64,000 bases of DNA from Octopus vulgaris (taxonomy: Eukaryota): positions 36,580,001 through 36,644,000 of the forward strand of contig OX597836.1 of the NCBI GenBank assembly GCA_951406725.2, in the 5' to 3' direction. Shown here in pieces: positions 1 through 13,508 of this stretch (position 1 is its first letter; each line of letters begins with the position of its first letter). Position numbers and translations under genes: made by a program. Below the pieces are notes generated by a model that was not told where the DNA came from, made no database searches, and worked only from the letters and a program-made list of their open reading frames with translations.

Positions 1-468
1 AATAAACTGAAACACGAATATTTAAGTGAATTACAATATGCATTATAATGCAATAAATTTCGAACTTGATGCGTTAAATATGTGTAACGATGACTTCTAG
101 TTGTACATGAATACAACTTTGTATGATACAACATATATGACAAAGAAACACGGCCTCTTCATTAAACGGGAAGATAGCACTTAGAATTTTTTTAAAATTT
201 CACCTGCAAATTATATTTCTATTTCTGTTTTTTTATATGTATTTTGTTATATTTATGCCGTTATTCATATATTTTTGCTTATTTTAGTTATTTGGTTGCT
301 GTCACGCTAAGGCAGATCTTTCGAGTAATTATCTTATTGAAAACTTTTATCGAATTGCTGCGTTACGTTTGAAATATGAATTAGCACGATGCGATGCTCC
401 GCCAGGTAAAAACGCAGATACTAATATACACACGCACAAAAGAAAAAAAAATCATATTAAAATCATGA

Positions 469-590
469 GGTGCAGGTGTGACTGTGTAGTAAGAAGCTTC
501 GTTCCGGGTTCAGTCCCATTGTGCGTTACCTTGGACAAGTGTCTTCTACTCTAGATTTGTGCTAACCAAACTGAAATACACCCGTATACG

Positions 591-635
<45 letters not shown>

Positions 636-868
636 ATGTGTGTGTGTGTATGTATGTATATATTTGTGTGTCTGTGTTTGTGACCCCACCATCGCATGAC
701 AAACAATGTTGCTGTGTTTAATCCCCGCAACCTTAGCGGTTCGACAAAGGGGACCGATAGAATAATTACAAGACTTGCAAAGAATAAGTCCTACGGCCGA
801 TTTGTTCGACTAAAGGCGGTGCTCCAGCATGACACCACTCAAATACCTGAAACAAATAAAATAATAAA
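469..868 (+). mobile_element. tRNA-derived SINE family A, diverged copy
   Basis: Head ggtgcaggtgtgactgtgtagtaag...gggttcagtccc, internal (TA)/(TG) tract, body with cgactaaaggcggtgctccagcatg; matches copies at 40918, 44072, 56344. Confidence 0.85.
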
Positions 869-1994
869 AGTATCAAAGAATATATGTGTGGGTATGTGTG
901 CACAGCAAGCTTTGGTATAATTTGTATCTGCCAATTCATTTCTAGCCATTGCTCAATACATAGTTACACCAAATGACCACTTAGTGTCATCTTATGGAAC
1001 GTGTCAGTTAGTAGCGATGTTGAACTCAGTATTATACGCTTAAGAATAGAACCGCTTCACCACACAACCTTACTTACGCCTGTATTTTTCTATTTATTTT
1101 GCTACATTTACAGAGAAATGATCGTAAATAGAACTGGATTTCTCATTGTGCTAAAATATATTTTATTTGATATTTTGTGTGTGCGTGTGTATTTATTTTG
1201 TGCTTTGTTTTTTCTCTCATTCTTCATAGTTGTCACACATAAATAGACCGGAACACATGACTGAAAGCAATACAGTGAAAAGAAACTAACATACAATTGT
1301 ACATTGTAAAGTCTGGATAAAGAGAAAGAGAGAGAGAGAGGAGGGGAGAGTGGGAGAATGAAAAATAATAATACACTTAAACACAATGTACTATGAGGTT
1401 GAACAAATGATGCAAATAATTTTATGAAGCGTACAATTGTAAATATGAATCGAACAAATCGATAGATTTTTGTCGTCTTCTAATAGCGATAAATGTTTCA
1501 ACGACTGTTGCATTGAAAATTAAGTATAAAAAGACGTAGAAAAAAAATCTTTTCCCGAAGGAAAATCTACATTCAGTAGGAAAGATTAGAAAGAAAAGAA
1601 TAGGAATATGATCTGATTTGAATTAGACATACATATATGTTAGTGTGTCAGCACAGAGTATCAATGAATGGACCAATAATTAATAAACGTTTTGTCTAAT
1701 TTCCGAGTCGGCATTAACATATATAACGATTTATATTCTTTTCGATGTTATTTGAGCTTTTGCTCTACTCCAAACACCGTTGTCCTATACTTTAGAATGT
1801 GACACAATCAAGAGATTGGCACAGCATCTAAGCGTTAAAATAACAAACAAAACAAATATTGATATCATTATGCATAGTAGGGAAGCGAGCTGGCAGCTGG
1901 CAGAATAATTAGAAAACCGAGTGAATTGCTTAGCGGCATTTCGTTCGTCTTTACGTTCTGAATTCATGTTTCGCGGGGTTCGAACTGTTGCCGA

Positions 1995-2910
1995 TTATGA
2001 TCCCGGAAATTAATGAGGGACTTCACCAAAGAATTTCAGGCGTCGTTGTGGATTGTCAACACGGTGATGCAGGACAACATTCAATAATAGGTCTATATGT
2101 CCTACAAGGTTACAATGGCACACGAAAGACATTTAATCGGTGCCAAGCACTTATTTAACAGGGCAAGATAGACTGATGAAGAAACCTACTGTAGTTATTC
2201 TCTGATGAGAAAAATTTCGACAAAAACCAAAAGTCATACAGAAGAAATAACATGATTATATACTAATTCTTGTAATGATTGCACATTAAGTTTCCATCAA
2301 CTGTGATGAGTTTAAGAATGGTGAGTAAACCATGTCATGTCATGCCACTTTACGTATCAAAATTTAAATTCCTGCATACGTTGAGGTGCTGGAGCCACCC
2401 TGAATGGATGAAGTAAGCAGTGAAAGGCCACACGCATTTCAACAAGGTATAGCACTTTTTCACAATGTCCACATAGCCCTAGGATGTAAACTCAGAAAAT
2501 CTTTCCTGTCATGTGACACCAAATTAGTGGTCTCCAAACTCGCTAGATTTACATCGGATGGACTACTACGTTTGGAACATTATTGAGAAGGATACAAATC
2601 AACAGTGTCACAATACAAAAGCTTCACACACGGCAGCCATTGTGCAGGTGACGCTCAAAATAAATAAGGTACATTTAGAGCAGGTTTGTCAAAAACTCCA
2701 TATCACATTTTGAAAGAGTCATCAAAGCTGAACGTGGATTCATAGAAGAATCTAGTCTGAAGGCTTATCAAGAACATGTGTACAAATTTCTATAAAAATA
2801 CATTTTCTTCTCTTTTTTTTTCGTTTTATTATTATTTTTTGTTGTTGCTGGATTACATTTGTGTTCTTTAGTTACCAAATACATCTTCAGTTACCTCTCG
2901 GACCCTGCAT
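1995..2910 (+). pseudogene. Decayed Tc1/mariner transposase, maT/DD37D-like
   Basis: Across frames: FSDEKNFD, HIKFPSTVM, AYVEVLE, RPHAFQQG, WSPNSLDLHRMDYYVWNIIEKDTNQQCHNTK, ERVIKAERGFIE; multiple stops and frameshifts. Confidence 0.8.
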
Positions 2911-4096
2911 ATATCAGGAGAACTATAGTAGTTTTCAAGCCACAAACAATCTTTAAAACAAACATATCTCCCTTGGGGCACACCGGGTTAATAACACAGT
3001 AAGACAAACATACACACCCACATACAGAGGCAAACAAACATTAAGACAAACAAATTCTCACAGATACACGCACACATGCACACCAACACACACAAACACA
3101 CAGAGGCATAGACTCATACACAGATGTATGCTACAGTGATTGCAACCTAATTCTTTTGATCTTCTATTTATTTCAGTTTACCATCGCCATCACCTCTATT
3201 ACCATTCCTGATTGTTACTATGACAATTATTTGTTAACATTAACATTAGCATTATTCATTATATTTGTATTAACACACTTCCTTATATAAATATTTGTAC
3301 AAAACGTAACACAATATGAGTATTTACCTCCGGATGTGTTTCTAAAAGAAACCGGTTGGCTATTATACAAAATCAAAGTGTTTTGTGGTAATTTTTGTGC
3401 ATTTGAGCGCACACGTTCTTATGACTGTGTATGTGTGTATGTGTGTGTTTGTGTATGTGTGTGTTTGTCTGAGTGTTTGTATGTGTGCATGCCTGCGTGC
3501 ATACGTTTGTGTATGTGTGTGTATCTGTGTGTCTGAGCGTTTGTATGTGAGCGTGCGTGCAACGTGTGTGTGTGTGTCTCTATGTGTCTCCGTGTGCGTG
3601 TGTGTGTCTCTGTGTGTCTCCGGGTGCGTGTGTGTCTGAGTGTTTGTATGTGTGCCTGCGTACCTGCCTGCGTGTATGTATGTGTGTGTGTCTGTTTGTG
3701 CGTGTGTGTGTCTGAGTGTTTGTATCTGTGCGTGTGTGTCTAACATCGTGAGACGATGATTCTGCACCTTGTGAGATATGATACGGTCTTTTTGACAGTG
3801 CAGTGTCTAATACCACGATAAAGATCAACGCATGTGTGATAATCCTGGTACGTACAATGACTGTAATGCGCTGCTCGCTTATTTTATCCTGGTGCTGTTT
3901 TATGCCCCGATTTTTCTTCAGCCGGTCCTCTTGCAATTTTTTTAATTCGTCTACTTCCAGTATCTGACTCACCTTAACACCATTAGTATTATCAACGTCC
4001 ACTTTCTCGTAACCAGTTTTCTGCCATAGATTCCTTTGATTCGTATTTCATTCATATGGAGCCTATAACAATTCCATGTTTAAAAAAATATTATAT

Positions 4097-4266
<170 letters not shown>

Positions 4267-4329
4267 GTTATTGTGCATAAAATGGTCTTAATATTTTGTG
4301 TATTGCATAGGTCGGTTGAATTTATTCCA

Positions 4330-4520
4330 CATGAAGCCATGTCTAAAGTCCTTGTAAGCATCTCCAATAGTCCACTAGACAGTTGAAATCCACTGGTGTA
4401 AAGAGATATTATGCTTTTGTTAACGTTTTTGGAATATAATTGAGGACACTGCTGTATTATCTTGGCAGAAGCCAGGCTCCCATACAACACATCTTTAGAA
4501 ATACTACCGCCTCTCACGCA
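4330..4520 (-). mobile_element. RTE-type LINE 3' fragment, decayed
   Basis: Minus-strand KDVLYGSLASAK...PQLYSKNVNK resembles the RTE ORF C-terminus (PKDVLYGEL..G.R..GRPQLRFKDVCK). Confidence 0.55.
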
Positions 4521-5754
4521 GTCTACAAGGCCTACCCTGCAGAGGTATATTTCCTGCAGTGCAATAAAGAAACACGTAATTTTTTTGGGAGTCAGGTCAG
4601 CATTATTGGGGACTCAGTTAAACGAACTGACATCCGCCTTCCGACGTGACTGCTTAGTTGAAATGCATTGAAATGTTGCTCTCTACTGGAATAGAGGCTT
4701 TAGGTTTTTCTGTCGTAAAACTGTATCTTCAAGACATAAGCTCTGTAGTATTACAGTATTTGTGTGCAATGATGCATGCCATAGTGGTTACAATCGTGAT
4801 GTAGCGATTTCGATTCCTGGACCCGGCTGTATGTTGTGTTCCAGAGCACGACACTTTATTTCATGTGTTGCATAAAACAGCTTGCTCGGACTTGTTCTTT
4901 GGAGTGTAACTTTCTAGGCGCACACCCATTTTCCTTACTCTTTTGTTTTACATTATCCTGCTCCCACATTCTCCTTATTAACCTCGCTGGTGTTGAGACC
5001 TCTCTTCCAGTAGACCGTTTCATACAAAATTTTAGAGGGCGGTTGTCCCATGACGGTTGGGCGAATGTATAAGAATGGGCGTACTACCTCCAGCTGCCAG
5101 TAATGTTAGTGACTTCTCAGCTTCGTTTCCCAGCATATTCGTATCCTCAAACAGATGCTCAAACAGAAGTCTTCACGTGTGCTTTTGAGTCTCTCTATGA
5201 CCGAGGGTGGCACCTCTGCATGTGTCACTTACGTCATCTCAACTGCAAACATAATATCTTGGATGACACCTTCGGGTAATTTAATTTTGGTTAGGTCGGA
5301 TAATACTCAACAGATTCTTATTCGATTTTGTGTAAGATTAAACAATATCACTAGATGATCCAAATACTTGCTTCGACATGACTAAAATGATGCTGAAGAG
5401 TTTATGATGCTGCAATATATAGACAGGTGCGAGAAAACTGCTAGGCAACCTACAGAATATCTACTGCCAAACAACCCCCAGGAGATGTGTGCTATACAAA
5501 TGAATTGCAAAATTACAAGGAGACGTTGGAATACTTATAGACATGTCATACTGAAGCTTGATCTCTACGCGTGAGATAATATATATTTTACTAGAAGAGA
5601 AGGGTTTCCATAAGAGTTGAAATCCTCGTTAGTGCTCTTTCTGCGAGAAGCTTATTACTGAAGCTAGAGAAGAGAAATGGACAGGAGACGCAGAGAGACT
5701 GACACAGACACAAACATAGACAGAGGGACAGAGAGACAGCGAGACAGACAGTCA

Positions 5755-5786
<32 letters not shown>

Positions 5787-6013
5787 AGATTTTCTCTATC
5801 CAGCCGATTGTGTTCGATGGGCATTTAAAAAACTTCTTAGTGTACGGTCTGACCATTCGAGAAAACCGAATGGTGCCGGATTCTATGAGCAAATTTCAGT
5901 GATAATACAGGTGTAACGTCATGTCCAATCTGCAAAAACTGTCAGTCTATCTGTCTATCTAAATATCTAACTATCTAACTATCTATCCATCTATCCATCT
6001 ATCCAACTATCTA

Positions 6014-6208
6014 GGGAGAGTTTACGAAAAAAAACAAAAAAAAAACGAAACAAAAGACAAAGACAGGTGGTGTACGAAACAAACAGATGTATTAGTATAA
6101 CGCCCAGGAATATAAAAAGTCTTTTACATTTCGAGCATACGCTCTTCTACAGAAAGGGACACAGAAAATAACAAGGACTGAAAAAATGTGTGTAATGGCT
6201 ACCGATCT
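6014..6208 (-). mobile_element. Short dispersed repeat, probable PLE-derived end (copies at 11607, 12073, 33951)
   Basis: Shared gacaggtggtgta..aacaaacagatgtattagtataacgc..gtttcgagc.tacgctctt; minus strand has a GAAGAGC-loop-GCTCGAAA hammerhead-like half. Confidence 0.65.
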
Positions 6209-6211
6209 ATC

Positions 6212-6282
<71 letters not shown>

Positions 6283-6928
6283 CATCTATTTATCTATCTA
6301 TCAATCTATCTATCTATCTATATAACTATCTAAGTATCTATCTCTCTTCCTCTCTATTGATCGATCGATAAATATGTGTGAGAGAGAGAGAGAGATAGGG
6401 AGATTATGTGTGCATGAATATGCGTGTGTTGACGTGTGTGTCTATGTATGTATGAATCTATGTATGTATAACATATCCCTACTTACTCATTCAGAAAATA
6501 ACGTTCATTTAATTTCACAGTGATGCCTCCAGTATGGCCGCAGCCATCGAGCTGCCTCTATGAGGGGAATAAAAGAATAATCCCCAATATTTGCTACTAC
6601 GTGTAATTAGATTTGATATTAAATACACTGGAAGCAATTATTGTTGAAAAGAAGCATCCTGCCGTTCACTATAATTACATTATACGTTAATTCGAAATGT
6701 ATTTAACTGTATTGGGATAATTATATCTTAAAATAGCTTCTCTTAAAAAATAATTGAGCAAACATCATTCCACATAACAATATTTTTAACAGTTCTGCAA
6801 ACAAATATCAAATAATAGTTCATTTCCAGTCCACCCACCAGATTACATTTTATTTCAAAAGAGGAAGGAGGCAGACGAAATACCTATTTCTTTACTACCC
6901 ACAAGGGGCTAAACATATATATATGTGT

Positions 6929-6960
<32 letters not shown>

Positions 6961-6977
6961 GTATATGTGTATATACG

Positions 6978-7028
<51 letters not shown>

Positions 7029-7059
7029 GTATATATATATATGTAAATATATACATATA

Positions 7060-7453
7060 TCTTTATATATAAAAGTGAGGTTGTGTGCTGTCTGTCTCCT
7101 ACGATTTAGATTCCTAACTACTCCCACATTTTGCGGTGCAGTTTAACCAAAACCGGGTATCTTATAGTCGTGAATCATATCGAGCCCTTCTGGGTATTAG
7201 CGCGCGTCTACAATGAGTCTACGATTAAAAAAAAAATTACCATAAATTATTCCCATTTTTAATGCATTTTTGGCATATATAAGGGAAGTAACTCTCTAAA
7301 AATTTATTATTAAATCTCAGAACGTAAAAAGCTACAGTAACACCCCCTCTTTGTGGTTAGCCATATTGAGATGGCTATTATACATTACATCTCTAAAAAT
7401 GCTTATATAGTTATTTCCCTTACAAACTCGAGCAACGCTGGGCGATACTGCTA

Positions 7454-7454
<1 letters not shown>
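7060..7454 (+). mobile_element. Non-autonomous Helitron family 1
   Basis: A|TC start, 3' hairpin ctcgagcaacgctggg then CTAG|T, no TSD, within (TA)n; near-identical copy at 39698. Confidence 0.9.
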
Positions 7455-7505
<51 letters not shown>

Positions 7506-7649
7506 ACGAGAGGTTTTGGTGTACAGAAGAACCAAAATGGCAGGTAAGGCTATGTAAGTGCTAAGGAAGGACCGCAGTTAAACTCGCAATTTGATGATAG
7601 CATGAGTGAGGATTCTAATGCGAATCGTGTGTCCATCTGAGCACGTCCA

Positions 7650-7915
7650 TCTATATATATAAATCACAGCATGTGCGTCTCTCCGTGTGTTTGTCATGTC
7701 GTTAAAACTCGAGAACCACCCAACCGATTTTAACGAAATTTTTACAGATGCATTACATAGGGTCCATGGAGTGTCATGGACAAAAGACATTTCAAATTCT
7801 TGCCTAATGCGGGCCCAGGGGCAGATAAACCAAATTTTTAAGCACTTTCGCTGCATAAGAGAATCCAATCGCATTCCTCCAAATATGCATTAAAGAGGGG
7901 GGCATCGGACAGGAC
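7650..7915 (+). mobile_element. Helitron-like 5' portion
   Basis: A|TCTATATATATAAA start followed by gtttgt..aactc..accgattttaacgaaattt, typical of non-autonomous Helitron 5' ends; no clean CTAG end. Confidence 0.55.
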
Positions 7916-8030
7916 TATATATATATATATATATGTATGTATAGAAGAAGCAATAGCTAACGTTTTTAGGCTGCTATTTCGAAACTTCGGTATGTGGTAA
8001 AGCAAATCTTTGCTGAACCCTAATTATTAA

Positions 8031-8147
<117 letters not shown>

Positions 8148-8188
8148 GCACACACACATATATATATATATATTTATATATATACATG

Positions 8189-8283
<95 letters not shown>

Positions 8284-8500
8284 CTGTATATCTTACTAAA
8301 CATAATTTCCTTGTAGAAAGCCGTAGAACTGCGTAATACGTATTGAGAAAGCTTTTTAAGTCGCTCTAGACAAATACTTTAGTATTCTGGTCTTCTATAC
8401 GATATCCAGATTCAGACATAGAAATTGCTATTCTGAAACAAAACCGCCTCATTCGCCGATGGTGAGTGCATATGTATTATGAATATATAGTAAATGGTGC

Positions 8501-8549
<49 letters not shown>

Positions 8550-8579
8550 CAAAATAAGCAACAAGTATATGCAAGGTAG

Positions 8580-8648
8580 AGTAGTACAATTGTTTCATGC
8601 TACTTCATATTCTTAAACACTGTTGCTCTTCGAGCAATCTTCAGCCAC
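8580..8648 (-). ncRNA. Minimal type I hammerhead ribozyme motif (inverted partner of 8832)
   Basis: Minus strand: gtgg CTGAAGA ttgctcgaagagcaa...agcat GAAA caattg TA ctact. Confidence 0.65.
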
Positions 8649-8831
8649 ATTTAGAGATTTTCCAATTAAACGAACAATGCACATTCTTATCCCTATTTCA
8701 TTTGCCAAGGTTATAAAGACGGTAGATATATAGACAGATAGGTTGATTTCATTCTTAATAACATGATAGTAGTATATTCACTCTCCGTCTGATAAGAATG
8801 TGCATTGTCCGTTTAATTGGAAAATCCTATA

Positions 8832-8919
8832 AGTGGCTGAAGATTGCTCGATATTTTAAAACTGATGTAATACTTACAGTGTTTAATAAAATGAAGTAGC
8901 ATGAAACAATTGTACTACT
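8832..8919 (+). ncRNA. Minimal type I hammerhead ribozyme motif
   Basis: agtgg CTGAAGA ttgct...agcat GAAA caattg TA ctact: stem I agtgg/ctact, palindromic stem III ACAATTGT, GUA cleavage triplet. Confidence 0.7.
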
Positions 8920-9050
8920 CTACCTTGGATATCCTTGTCGCGTATTTTGATTATAATCACCCCATTTGATTTATATGGATAATACCATACACAATTCTGG
9001 TGCCTTTAACTTAAGTACCATATTCATCTGAATCTAAATTTTGCTCAACT

Positions 9051-9086
<36 letters not shown>

Positions 9087-9177
9087 CGTACTCATACGTA
9101 CACACACACACATACATACAAACAGACACACACACACATAAATATGAGTTTTTGTAGTAAGCAATGTCAATACTTAC

Positions 9178-9258
<81 letters not shown>

Positions 9259-9280
9259 AAGAAGAAGAAGAAGAAGAAGA
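9178..9280. repeat. (AAT)n(AAG)n microsatellite
   Basis: Directly visible. Confidence 0.97.
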
Positions 9281-10120
9281 ATGGCACACTCCACCCAAAA
9301 CGTGACAAAGACAGACTATATGTACCAAGAAAAAGAGAGGAAAGAGGACTTATTGGATGCAAACGCAGCATTAGAGCAGAAGAAAACAACATAGCATGGT
9401 ATGTAAAAAATGCCACAGAACCGATATTACTAGATGTAAGAAGGCCAGGCTTGTGTTGGATAAATGATTGCAAACATAAAGCACTGTACAAGCAATTGAA
9501 AACGAATGAAACTGAAAATAGGTGGGAAAGAAAAGAATGCATGGACAATTTTATAGGGATGTTGAAGATAAGACAGAGAAAAAAGATGGCTGTGCATGAC
9601 TAAAATAGATTTAAAACCGGAAACGGAGGTTCTAATCTCTGCTGCCCAACAGCAAGCACTACGAACACACTTCATAAAATATAGAGTAGACAACACATCA
9701 GTAAGTGATAAGCACAGAATCTGTGGACGAAATGGTGAAACAGTATAGTATATTACCAGCCAATGTACAGCACCAACCCAGAAGGAATATAAGAGACGCC
9801 ACGTCAATAAGGCAAGGCTTGTCCATTGGATGATTTGCAACAAGTATGGTCTTGACAGAAAAACAAATTGGTACAACCACAAACCCGAAGGCATCATCGA
9901 AAATGATAATGCAAAGATCCTGTGGGATTTTATCATTCAGTGCGATATGAGATAGAAAATAGGAAACCAGACATAGTCTTAATTGAGAAAGTAAACTATC
10001 CTGGATTATAGATATAGCATGCCCAGCTGACAACGAGGTATGCGATAAGGAAGAAAAGTCGATAGGTATGACATGCTAACTTGGGAGGTAAAGCAGTTGT
10101 GGTCGATGAAGAAGGTGGTA
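9281..10120 (+). mobile_element. RLE-class non-LTR retrotransposon (R4/Dong-like), decayed 3' coding part
   Basis: HPKRDKDRLYVPRK, MHGQFYR, DLKPETEVLISAAQQQALRT, zinc knuckle (H/C)RICG..ETV.YITSQC, YKRRHVN, KILWDFIIQCD, RKPDIVLI, WIIDIACP, YDMLTWEVKQLW. Confidence 0.9.
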
Positions 10121-10190
10121 TGGAACCAAATCGTGCAGCCGTTTTCGTGTGAAAAGTCAATACATACAAAGGTATATTTTATATATTAGA
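10121..10190 (-). mobile_element. Helitron-like 5' end fragment
   Basis: Minus strand A|TCTAATATATAAAA...acgaaaacggctgcacgatttgg; truncates the RLE LINE. Confidence 0.5.
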
Positions 10191-11446
10191 TATATGTGTG
10201 CGTGTGTGTGTGTGTTTGTAAATGTGTTTGTGTGTGTGATTGTATCCATGGAAGGGAAACGCACAGAAGAGAGAGAGTGAGAGAGAAAAGTATATGGATA
10301 GATCGGTATAAATTTATAGAGGGTCAAGATTTGCTAACAGGGTTAAATATTTTGTTATACACTCACGGATTTTCTTCGTTTGAATCCATCGTATGTAATG
10401 TTGGGAATTTCCTTAATTACTATAAAGATCTGGCAGTGCCCCACGCTGATTCTGCTTCAGAATTACGTTGAAGATACACATATCTGTTCAGAACACAGTA
10501 TCGAAAAGGCAAATTCACAATTCAATGGAACAAAAAATCGATAATATAAGTTATAAAGTTAAATAGGTAATGGAATCTATACGGTCGTATAAAACCCATG
10601 AATCTGAAAACCATTATGGCGGCCGTAAAATTATTGAAACCTGCGAACTAATAAAACTGAATAATGATTATATATATATATATATGTTCAATAAGGAGAG
10701 ATATAATAGGATTTTTTGTAAACTTGAGACTTTTTTGAGTAATGTTCGTTGAGTAGAATTTAGTTTTCATGTCGCTGGGTGTAACATTTCTCTCTGTCAA
10801 TTTGCATGTTATCAGCAGGCCATTTCGAAAACGATAAATGTTCGCCATGTTGTACATTATTAACGGGGTTATATTTTCTTTAATATTTCTTTTATAGGAT
10901 TGTCAACATTTTATTCAACGAAACGAATGGTATCTTATAACATTTCAACATTGATATTGATTTGTGTATATTTAGGAAGATCTCTTTGAAATAAACTAAT
11001 TTATTATTTCGCTATCGAAATCGCTTTGCAATTTACCATATCAGAAATATTTCTCACACACAAATTTCACATTAATTTCGGAAAAAATCATTCTCAAATA
11101 TACGTTCACAAATGAATGGTGATACGACCCACAATTTATATTGCTCATATTACCAAATGCAATCAAATTTTCAGTGAGTTAAAAGCAGCTTATCTTATTT
11201 TCCACACACACACACATACACACACTCAGAAACACACGCACACAGACATATGTGTATATATAGATGTGTATGTGTGTGTGTATGTGTATACACATGAGGT
11301 ACACGTTTGGAGCGTGGTTCAAATCTCTGTTTCTTACGAGTTGCTTTACAATAGGAGTTTTAATAGGACATTCATTAACGGAAGGTGTTATGAAACAAAG
11401 CTACAAAAATATCATGATTAATAATGTAAAAATATATTTTTGTACA

Positions 11447-11498
<52 letters not shown>

Positions 11499-11564
11499 CA
11501 TACATATATATATACAAAATATATGTATGTATACATACGTATATGTACATACTTACATATTATC

Positions 11565-11606
<42 letters not shown>

Positions 11607-11608
<2 letters not shown>

Positions 11609-12198
11609 GGAGAATTCACAAAAAAAAACAAAAGACGAAAAGAGGTAGTGTAGACAACAAACAGATGTATTAGTTTGGCGTTCTGGAAATGAAAAATACT
11701 TTAGCGTTTCAAACTTACGCTATTCCATTGAAAGGAATACAGAAAAAAATAAGGAAAATAAAGAATGTGTAGTAGCTACAAAAAATGTTTATAAAGTACA
11801 AAAAAGTTAAGAAAATTTCAAAAGGTTCAAAAATTTCGAACGTCGTGGTGTATTGGAGCCATTTCTCATCAGCTGTAATCCAGTGTAATCCATGGGTAGG
11901 AGAGGTGCAGCTGAAGTGTACGAGAGCAGAAAGTCCAGGTAGAGAATTGAGGTAGAGAATCCAGGTAGAATTATCCAGTGTAGAAGGTGTAGAAAATCCA
12001 AAAGAAGTTCGTTGGGTAATGAGAGGAAACAGGATTAATTGATTCGGTCACGTGAGCGTGTAATATATGAGGAGCATTCAGAAAAAAATGAGCAAGACAG
12101 GTGGTGTAGACAACAAACATATGTATTAGTTTAACGCTCGGGAAGTGGAAAAGTCTTTAACGTTTCAGGCCTGCGCTCTTCCACAGAAAGGAACACAA
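11607..12198 (-). mobile_element. Two direct copies of the 6014-type repeat around a roughly 300-bp spacer
   Basis: 11607-11780 and 12073-12198 are homologous; spacer has minus-strand CTGATGAGaaatgg...cgttcGAAA. Confidence 0.55.
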
Positions 12199-12414
12199 TT
12201 CTTTTAACTGTTTTGGTCATTTGACTGTCGCTAGGCTGGAGAGCAGCGTTTGGTCGAACAAATAGACCCCATGACTTATTCTTTCTAATCATAGTACTTT
12301 CACTACCGTTGTCGTTTGCCGAACCGCTAATTTACGGGGGCGTAAATGCACCAACGTGCGTTGTCAAGTGAAGATGGGAGGCCGACAAACACAGACGCAC
12401 GAATATCTACAAAC

Positions 12415-12491
<77 letters not shown>

Positions 12492-12630
12492 ATGGGATTC
12501 TTTCAGTTTTCGTCTTTCAAATCCACTCACAAGGTGTTGATCGGCTCGAGGCTATAGTAGTAGATACTTGCCCAAGTCTCCGCGTAGTAGGACTGAACCC
12601 GGAACCATGTGGTTGTGAAGCAGGCTAGCA
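12198..12630 (-). mobile_element. SINE family A
   Basis: Reverse complement of family A body and head. Confidence 0.85.
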
Positions 12631-12639
12631 AGCTTCATT

Positions 12640-12965
12640 TCTTTTATTCTTTTATTTAATTCTGTCATTTGACTGCGACCATGCTGGAGCACCACCTTTA
12701 GTCGAACGAATGAACCGCAGGACTTATTCTTTGTAAGCTTAGTACTTATTCTATCGTTCCCATTTGCCGAACTACTAAGGTACGGACAAGCAAAAACACC
12801 GACGTCGGTTCTCATGTTATGGTAGATGGAGAAACACAGATACACAAACATACACACGCACACGCACACACTCATACACACACACAAATATATTCATACG
12901 ACGGTCTTTCAATTTCCGTGAATCAATTCCATAGTACAAGCCACTTGCCCAAGGTGCCACGCATA
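12640..12965 (-). mobile_element. SINE family A, partial
   Basis: tcatttgactgcgaccatgctggagcaccacc...cttgcccaaggtgccacgca. Confidence 0.8.
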
Positions 12966-13277
12966 ACCACTGATGAAATGTTCAGTTATAATAGAAACAA
13001 TTTTCTATTAATCTGATTGGTTACTCTACACCTTTGTAGAATGCTTGTTTATTTTACTTACACAAGAATATTGAGTGCTCAACAGGACTCTACTTCAATG
13101 TCACTGTCAATAACATTTTTGTACAAAGAACAATACAGTGTGTATGTGTGTGTATTTATTTGCATGTATATCTATGTGCAGATAGAGAGGAGGAGAGGGA
13201 GAGCAAGAGAGAGAAAGAGAGAGAGAGAGGTATTTATTCACACATTAGTGTAAGATGGTATCTTGTACGAATTATAA

Positions 13278-13508
13278 GGCGGCGAGCTGGCAGAATCGTT
13301 AGGACGGTGGGCAAAATGCTTAGCGGTATTTCGTCTGCCGTTACGTTGTGAGTTCAAATCCCGCCGAGGTCGACTTTGCCTTTCATCCTTTCGGGGTCGA
13401 TAAATTAAGTAATAGTTACGCACTGGGGTCGATGTAGTCGACTTAATACCTATGTTTGTCCTTGTTTGTCCCCTCTATGTTTAGCCCCTTGTGGGTAATA
13501 AAGAAATA
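13278..13508 (+). mobile_element. tRNA-derived SINE family B
   Basis: ggcggcgagctggcagaatcgttag (A box), gagttcaaatccc (B box), central gcctttcatcctttcggggtcgataaattaagt; flanking near-duplicate ggtatc(t/a)tgtacgaat. Confidence 0.9.

Larger units (their letters stand above)
8544..9055 (+). mobile_element. Non-autonomous PLE-like element with inverted hammerhead-bearing arms
   Basis: About 145-bp arms 8544-8690 and 8791-8956 are reverse complements; flanked by (TA)n; homologous copy at 41802-42098. Confidence 0.75.

Noticed and set aside
3580-4002. 140-aa ORF with a charged N-terminal half
   Set aside because: Non-ATG start and a (CA)n-derived second half; at most a faint resemblance to an RLE-LINE C-terminus
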